DNA of 64,000 nucleotides from Eledone cirrhosa (Eukaryota). The notes beneath the pieces were generated by a model, which had not been told where the DNA came from, did no database searches, and saw only the letters and a list, made by a program, of their open reading frames with translations. The stretch lies in assembly GCA_964016885.1 (NCBI GenBank), contig CAXHJY010000281.1, forward strand, positions 1-64,000, in the 5' to 3' direction. Numbering within the stretch: position 1 is the stretch's first letter; each line of letters begins with the position of its first letter. This document shows positions 52,601 through 61,600 of this stretch, in pieces. A program made the translations under genes and the position numbers.

Positions 52601-55600
52601 TTCCTGTACACAACATATATCTACTTGCTTTCTCTCCAGCATCTCTACAAACGCCCGTGGCAGCTCTTAATTTTGGGAATAACAAGAAAGAAGTCGTTGA
52701 TTTTGGTATTTTTACTCATACTCTGTGTCAGAAATGAAGAAACTTCTACAAGGTTCATAGAGGTTACGAGTCTGGCACGAGAAATGAAGGTTTCATGTTC
52801 CTGGATTTCTGTGATGCCAATCATATATCTATATTTCAAAAAACCTGATCACCTATAGATCTGGTGAGCATGCCAGTCAGATAGATTTTATCTCCACCAG
52901 AAGACAAACACAAAATCCCTCCCTGGAAGAATACACTTCCCAACATAACCTAATAGTTACAGAGGTCATAGTTAGAGCTAGATGAACTCGGAGACAGAGA
53001 GCAACCTGGAGGAGAAGGATATGAAAGTTGAAAGGAGTCTTCAGCCAGTAACAAATGAAGCTTACAACAGTAAGGGACATACAATATAGAGGAGCAGTGA
53101 GAATTTCTGAAAGATAATTTGCTAAAGGCAACGAATAAGATCTGTGACTGGAGCATGAGAGTGACTTGGTTGTGGAACAGTAAGGTGGATGAGGCAATTA
53201 AAACCGAGACAGGCATGGAAAGACTGGCAGAATGGGAGAAGCAGAGTGACCAAAGATGTGAAGTGTTCAGGATCATAAGGCAGTGTGTCAGGGAAAATTG
53301 TGATGCTGAAAAGGAAGTAGCATGGAAGTACCATTATGAAAGCAACATAGTAAGGCAATTAAGGATATGAAGATGGGGAAAGCAGCTGGACTATCAGGGA
53401 TAGTTGCTGAGATGCTGAAAGCATCTTGGATGGTGGACCACACCTTAACTACTCGTAAACCAAGTAATACAGAATGGTGTTGTACCCAATGCCTGGCGTA
53501 GAAACTTTATCGTCAATTACAACAGGGAAAAAAAGAGATGCTTTTGTTCGAGAAAACTATAAAGACATCAAGTTGATGGACCAAGTCATGAATGTTGCAG
53601 AAAGAGTTATAATACAGCTGATTAGGTGAGATGCAGTTTGGATTTTTGCCTGGTAAAAGTACCACTGATGCTCTCTTCCTTGTGAAATAACTTCAGAAGA
53701 AGCACCTAGCTAAAAGTAAGCCTCTCTACTGGCATTTGTTGACCTGGAGAAAGTTTTGATGGAGTCTCCATTCCATAATCTAAGAAGCTCTTAGAAAACT
53801 ATGGTAGATGATTGGTTTGTGAAGGCAGTACTAGATATGTACAGAGGAATTAACAATGACTATGGTGAAGAATTTAGTATGCAAGTAGGAGTCTGTCAGA
53901 GCTCCGTTCTTAGCCCCTTCCTGTTTATTATTGTCTTGCAGGCTATAACAGAAGAGTTTATGACTGGCAGCCCATGGGAACTTCGATATATGCAGATGAT
54001 CTAACTCTCATAGGCGAATCTATGTCAGAATTAGAGAAGAAATTTGAAACTTAAAAGGATATCTTAGAATCAAATGGTCTTAAAGTCAACTTGGCAAAGA
54101 TTAAAGTCCTAGTAAGTAGAACGGAAAACAAGGCGCTGATCCCTTCAGGGAAATGACCTTGCTCACTATATAGGAGAGGGGCAGGTAGAAATTCCATCCT
54201 TTGTCCCAAATTCAAACTATGGGTACACAAAGGGTGTAAGATCTCAAGCAGGCTAGCAAAGAATGAAGGCTTTGTATGTGGTTGATGCACAAGAGCAATA
54301 CTCAGCAAGTATTTAAAAGAAACAACACGCTCTATCAAATTGTCAGTGGGTTTTGTTGAAGTAGTTGACAGCATCTGTTAGCTGGGTAAGAAAATTAGCA
54401 GTGGTGGCAGGTGTTCTGAAAGTACAGTAGCCAGAGTGGTTGGTATTAGAAAGGGCATCCAACCATAAAAATGAAGCTGAAATACATATCCCTATGAACA
54501 TGACAGTCACCAGATCTGAATTGTCTCGTAACGTGACAACCTGTCTAACCCATGCAAGTGTGGAAAAATAGACGTTAAATGGTCATGATGTATATATATA
54601 TATATATATATATTGAACAAGAAGCTATTAAGCTATTCATTGCCTCTGTTGCAGTATAATAGGTAATAAAATGTACACACACATATATAATATATATATA
54701 TATGCACGACACATGCCTCCGCCATCGTCGACGACTGAAAGTCCTACCCATGCTAGCATGGAAAATGTACGTTAAACAAGGATGACATATATATATATAT
54801 TAACAAGATATTTATTTTTCTTTTAATTTGTTGTAGATATTTGATGGGTACTCAACGACGACAACGTAACATTAATGACATCATGCCTATGATTGGGGCA
54901 AGGTTTTATACTCAGCTTGATGCCGCTCAGTTGCGGAGTGATGTTGTTGAAAATGAATTGGCGAAGGTGAAAAATGATCCTTTCATTCTCATTATTTCTT
55001 GCTTTCTTACACACAAATATACACGACCACACTTTCTGTCTATTTATCTGTTATACCACACACTCTTCTAATACATGCTCTATCTTTGTTCCACTCTCAC
55101 CTTCTATGTGCAAGAATATAAATAAAATGTTGCAAGTATGAGGTATCATCTGTCTAAGCTAACTGTTTATTTTGCAGGAAGTTGAAAATGGTAGATTGTT
55201 TCGATTACTTTGCAAGTTGGTGACAATATTGGAAAGACCAGAGTAAGATTTCCTTCTTGCTTTTTATTCTTCTCTTCCAACATTGCTTTCTCTTCTTTTT
55301 TATCTTTATTTTGTTTTTCCATATGCTGTTTATTTTGCACATCGATCTATCTCTCCCCACCCCATCTTTTCGACCCAGTTATTATAAATAGGAACAATGA
55401 GAACAAATAAGACAAGAAGCTTGCTGAGGAACTCTCCCACTTCTATGTAAATGTCTGTTGACTTAAGTTCAGTCTAGATCCTACCAATAACTTCATACTA
55501 ATATCCAAATCTCATCCTATTCTTCTCTCAGATACAAATCTCCCACCCTCAAACTCTAACTTACCTCTGTTGTCCAGCTACAGTTTATATATGACTTCGC

Positions 55601-58600
55601 TCTGAATGGTAGCATATGCTTTAACATTCATCTGTCACCTCCATTTTAACAACAAAGACTATCAGTTACACTGGCCTAAACTTTTGCTTCTACCTTCCTC
55701 TAAATTTATATGCATTTTCTACCATTCCCTGAACTACTTTAATCACTAACCTTCTACTCTTGGGCATCATAACCATCCTACCTAGATTTATCACACCAGA
55801 CTTAAACTGCCTTGGAAACTGGCCTTGTTTATACAAAACAAAGCTGTTTATTTTAAAGTGTTTGTCATCATCATCATCGTTGTTGTTTTTACCTCCATCC
55901 ACTTTTACATGTTGGTATGAGTTGCACAGGATTTTTAAGGGAATATTTTACAACTGGATGCCCTTCATTTTAGTCATTTTTTAATGACATGTAGGGATAT
56001 GATGTACCTAGTCTAAACGAGATACACATCATCATCATCATCATCATCATCGTTTAACGTCCATCTTCCACGCTTGCATAGGTTTGGACGGGAGTTTTCC
56101 CACTTGAGGCAAGATTTGTTGTCCTGCTCGTATAGGACTGACTGTCTGGCGGGTTTTCTACGGCTGGATGCCCTTCCTAACACCAACCACGTTTACAGTG
56201 TGGACTGGGAGGTTTTTACCGTGTTACCTACACGGCCACATTACAGCGTGGACTGTGTGTTTTTTTTTTTGTTGTGACACCTACACGACCTCATTTGTTT
56301 CGGACTGGATGTTGTGGTACCAACATAACTTCACATTTAAGGGGGTGGGGATATATATATATATATATATATCAAAAACATTCCATTATAATTTTCTGTA
56401 AAAACCTTTAAGTTATGTTCCAAACATCAGATTAATAATGAGCAAATTAAATCCCTCTAAATTATTTTTTAAATGATTTGAAAAAACACATATGCAGTGT
56501 TTTTCATTAGAAATATGGTAATAAATGGATTAAAAACATTTTTCAGTGTAGACATGATCTGTTTGTGTTCTTCTGTAACACAAAGATGCAATGTCTACAT
56601 TAGTGTGTGTTGGAGCTCCATAAGTTCTTATTTGAGTGCTCTAGCTGTTTAAAAAAGGGAACAGCTTGCTCATGAAATCAACATGAAAGTTGTTGAGCAT
56701 TCTATAGACACGAGAATTTTTTTCAACATGCTGATGTGCATATGAGTATATTATTATAAATACACAACTTACATTTACACAAACACACACAAATACACTC
56801 ACACACGTGTAGTGAATGTAGGTGCCGTTTTCTGTAGTTTGTCATCACCCTTTCCTTTCTCAGTCATCTTTAGTGCGTGACACATCACCCCTTCCTTCCT
56901 CAATCATATCTAGTGTGACGTCATCACCCCTTCCTTCCTTGGTCATCTCTAGTGTGTGATGGAAGGATAAAAGGACATAAGTCGCTCAAATTTATATATA
57001 CATTTGTGCCTTTAACATACCTTTTGGACGGTCAGCATGACACAAGGTATGATATGTCAGATCCTTTGACTAATTTTTGCCACCTGACTGAACTGGAGCA
57101 AAGTTAAAGAAAGTGTCTTGCTCTTACATTATAAAATGTGTCACTGGGAATCAAACCCGTGGCCTTTCGATCATGAGTTATACACCCTTACCACTAATCC
57201 ACACATCTTCACACATCAAGAAATAACATCAAGCCATAAACTACACAATTAAAACCTTCAAAGTTGCTACAAATGTCCTGCCTCTTAATTCCTGTTGTTT
57301 AGCACAGGGTCAGCTTTGATTGAGCAGACCTATGATCAAAAGCATTCATCTTATCATCATCCCATTTTTTTCTCTATGTGCAAGAAATGCAGGATTATAT
57401 TACTCAATGTAAATGTCCTTTTCTAAAAAGATAAGTTGTGATCTGAAGGAAGCTAAATTGTTGTTTTTAGCAGGTTGAATGACTATGTAGAGGGTTCTGT
57501 CATTGACTTGACAAAATATCCATTGGTCCCTCCTTGTACCCCCCCACACACATATGTAACATTGTCATAAATGCATCCCACACACTAGGGTTATTCTTCA
57601 TGCCCAAACGTATCAAATCCCTGATCAGATACTCTCTCTCTCTCTATAAAATCCACTCTATAGGACATTGTTCTTAACGTATAGACACCTTTTAACTACA
57701 TTGAAAAGAAAGCTAAGATTCATAACCACTAGCTCGCAGTTATTTTGTTTCTTCTCTCTGCTACCTCCGTTGCCACTATAATGGCCATTCAAACTATTAG
57801 ATACACATTCACCTGGCATTTCTCCTCCTCTTGTCACTCAGACCTGCACTTATCACTTTTCCCAATCCTTTGCCACAACTACTAATCTCTGGAAGAGCCT
57901 CTCTCTTTTCCTTGCCCAGTTTCGAAAATGGTTTTGGACAGCGCACTTCCTACTTTACAATATATCTAAGTTTGGGTATCTCATCTAAAATGTCCCTATC
58001 TGCTGCCCCTCCCCACATCTTTTATACTCACTCATTTCTACCACTCTCCATCCCTCCTATCACTACTATCCATATATCTCTCTCTCTATCTATCTCTCAC
58101 CAGCTCTCCTTCCTCCTTTCTATCCCTTTCACCACTTCTTCCTCCCTCTCTCTCTTAACATGTACCTACCATTATGTTTTTTCTACTGTAACTCTTATAT
58201 ATTTATTTGCCTTCACACCCACTTCCATTACTCCCTGCTCTGTCACACTCTCACCTCCACTGCCGCTTTCCCGATAAAATAAAGCACCAGTAATGCACTG
58301 TGGTCAATTTAATCGACTTTCCCCGCCCCCCAAATTGCTGTCCTTGTGTCTATAGTAGAAATCATTATTAATACAACTTTAATTTTATTTTCATCCATCC
58401 AATCCAATGAAACTAATACCAGTTAAAATATTGATCTTAGTACAACTAACTATACTCTACACTTTTGTTAAAATTTGTGGCTTTTTATTTACATCTTGAA
58501 AATAATATTGAGTTTATATGCATATTATAGCTTAGTTTGTATCAATATTTATTTCCAGATTTTCAATTGATACTTCATGGTCTGAAACAGGAGATCGATA

Positions 58601-61600
58601 CATGTTAAAATTATTCCGAGATTACATCTTCCATCAAGTGGATGAGCATGGAACCCCATGGGTTGATATGGCTCATATTGTTGATTCATTAAACAAGGTG
58701 AGTTTCTGTTATTCTTGTTTGCTTATATTTTGATTTAAAAAAAAAAATTAGTTATGATAATAGGAAGACAAACAATGAATTGCAGATGATAATGTGGATA
58801 GAGCCAGTGATGAAAAATAGAATGAGATGGTTGGGTCATGTGTTGAGGACATGAAAGTGATTGGGTGAGAGAACTGATGGAAATGAATATGGAAGGAAAT
58901 AAGAAAAACATAGCTGAAGATGATGAAAAAAAAATGAAAGCCAGGAGGTTGATGGGGTGGGAGTGCAGACAATAGGGCAAAATAGAGAAGCTTGCCATAG
59001 GGCCCATAGAGCTAACCCCTCCTGCTTTAGCAGTGAAAATGTCCTTAAAACGCTTATGTTAATCATTCTGTATTATACTTAATAATAACAATTCCTCAAA
59101 CTACACAAGCCACTATCGTTATTGATCTCTACAATTCTTTTTTTAACTTCTTAAAATTTAGCTTGTAATTCAATAACCCGTAGTGGGTTATTGAATTAAT
59201 ATATAGTTAGTGGAGACATGTGCCTACTAGTAAGGGTATTGGACTTATCATAATGTCGTGGCTTCGATTCCTGGGCTGGGTTGTGTGTTGTGTTCTTGAG
59301 CAAAACACTTCATTTCACTTTGTTCCAGTATACTCAGCTGAAAGTGAGTATTAGCAATAGGTGGAGGTTTAACCCTGTGATGGGCTGGCATTCTGTCGGC
59401 AGGTTGTACTCTGTCACTTCACACTACGAAACCGGAATAAACACTGGCCTAACTAGCTTCTGGTTTAAGACAGACTTTAGACTAGATAGGCAATATATAG
59501 TTGATATATATATATATGTAAAATATATAGTGGAGTGGTACAATAAACATCCATCCATTACACTTCTTATATTTTATTTTAAAACATTTTCTGAACTGGA
59601 TTTCCATTTTTCAAGTTTTGGTGGATATGATATTTGACCATTCTTTAGTTAAATTAACATACTAAGTAAATATACTTGAAACATGCCTGTTGCTATCATC
59701 AATTTGGTATAAAGACAAGGTCCACTTCTACAGCATTATTTTTTTAAATGTTCCAAAAACTTGGATCAGCTCTGGCTATGGAGGTTCTCTCCCTTGCCTA
59801 CTTTTTGTGAGCTGAAATTTTTTTACACTTTCTGATTTTCACTGGTACATCTTGTTTATGCAAGACATAAAAATTAGTTACCATATGAAGACATGTATGG
59901 AGACAAATACACACATTGATATATGTATAGAACAGGCTTCCACTCAGTTTCTGTCTACTCATAAAGCATTGGTCAGCCTGAAACTAGTTGAAGACACTGG
60001 CTGAAGCTGCTCATGAGTGGACTTGTCAACTCCACAGTCATGTTTAGTATTTACTTTAACTAGCTATGGGTCAATCCTTATCCAACAAAACTATTTTTTT
60101 TTCAAACAATGTTATCTATGATCAGATAATCACTATCCATAGGTTTGGTTGCTATTTCTAACTGATAGGGATTGACTGCTTGAGATATAGATACAGGGAT
60201 TGACTTCAGGAAGTGCATCAAGCCATACAATACTGCTTCTAAAAGATCACTTTTAATGCATGCCAACAGGGAAAGGTGTATGTAGAAATAGTGATGGTGG
60301 TGAGTGTCAAACTTATAATGGCTTCATATTCTGTAATTAAAAAGCCAAACTAAATTTGTGTGTATGTGTGTGTTGAAACATACAAACTGATGGTCTAGTA
60401 ATGTTAATTTTCTGCAAATAATATTAATACAAAATTGCATAAAATTATAAATTAATTTTTAAAAGAAGTTGAATCACTGTTGTCGTCAGTGTCATGTGTA
60501 TTGGAGTCCCATGCCCACATATATCCTTGAATGACATGAAAGAATTCTTATATAAAGCAGCCTGCCTTGAATGTCAAACAATACTTCACATTCCACAAAT
60601 AATTTGTTTAGAAATGTGATGCAGGTGTTGAACAAATGTATCACATATAGTGAAACATCCAACCCTTGCTCGCAGGAAACACAGGTATTAAAACAAGGAT
60701 GATGCCGATGATGATTCACTGTTATGATCAAGTATGTAAGTACAGGCAGAATCAATCATGTAGGTAGTGAGTGACTTTCTACATGGATGTTCAGCCTGAT
60801 AAAAATGGCAGCCAAATTTTTCTCATTACACTTTCACTGTTTTAGAAAAAGGAAGGGTCCATTAGATAAATGTATTTATGGATACATTATATCTGAATAA
60901 AAGACAAGATAGTCACAACTAGAACATCTTTTATCGTAAGTCTGTTTGATTAGGAGTAATCTGGGACTAAACAACAGCTATCGCCACTAATGCTAACTAC
61001 TATACTATTCAGTGGGTGTTGTAGCCCTAGATACAATGTCTGATAGTCACAACTGAAACATCTTCAATCATAGGTCTTTTTGATTGGGACTAAACAACAA
61101 AAGTTATTGTCACTAGTACTAACTTCTGTACTATTCATTATGTATTGTAGCCCTCTTGATACACTATGTATGAATAAAAGACAAAATGGTCACAACTGGA
61201 ACGTCTTTGATCATAAGTCTGCTGGTCATGACTGGCCTGGAGCTAAATGATAACATTATAGCTGCTGCCACCAAAAGAAAAGACACATTAAATAATGTAG
61301 TCTGAGGAAACACTATATCTGAAATAAAAAAAAAAGATGGGATGGGATGGTCACATTTGGAATATCTTTGATTACAAACTTGCTCTGTCTGAGCAGACAT
61401 GGGGCTAAGCAACAACTGTATAACCAACTCTACATGTACTGGATCTAGAGTATTTCCAGTATCATCATTGTTTAATGTACATTTATCACTAACATGGGTT
61501 AGACAGGTTGTCCCATTTGAGATAAGTTGGGTTAGGTTACTCATATAGAACTGTTTCTGGCTTGGTTTCTACGGCTGGATGCCTTTCCTAACGCCTACCA

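Noticed and set aside
55178-55242. KLVTILERP differing from the recalled vertebrate KLGTINERP as a sign of pseudogenisation
   Set aside because: Frame, splice sites and flanking motifs are intact in all exons, and these positions vary among PAN3 orthologs as I recall.
57780-58270. 148-aa ORF 57831-58277 (and similar ORFs at 45479-45878, 43027-43365)
   Set aside because: Pyrimidine-rich low-complexity sequence that lacks stops by composition; no splice or homology support.
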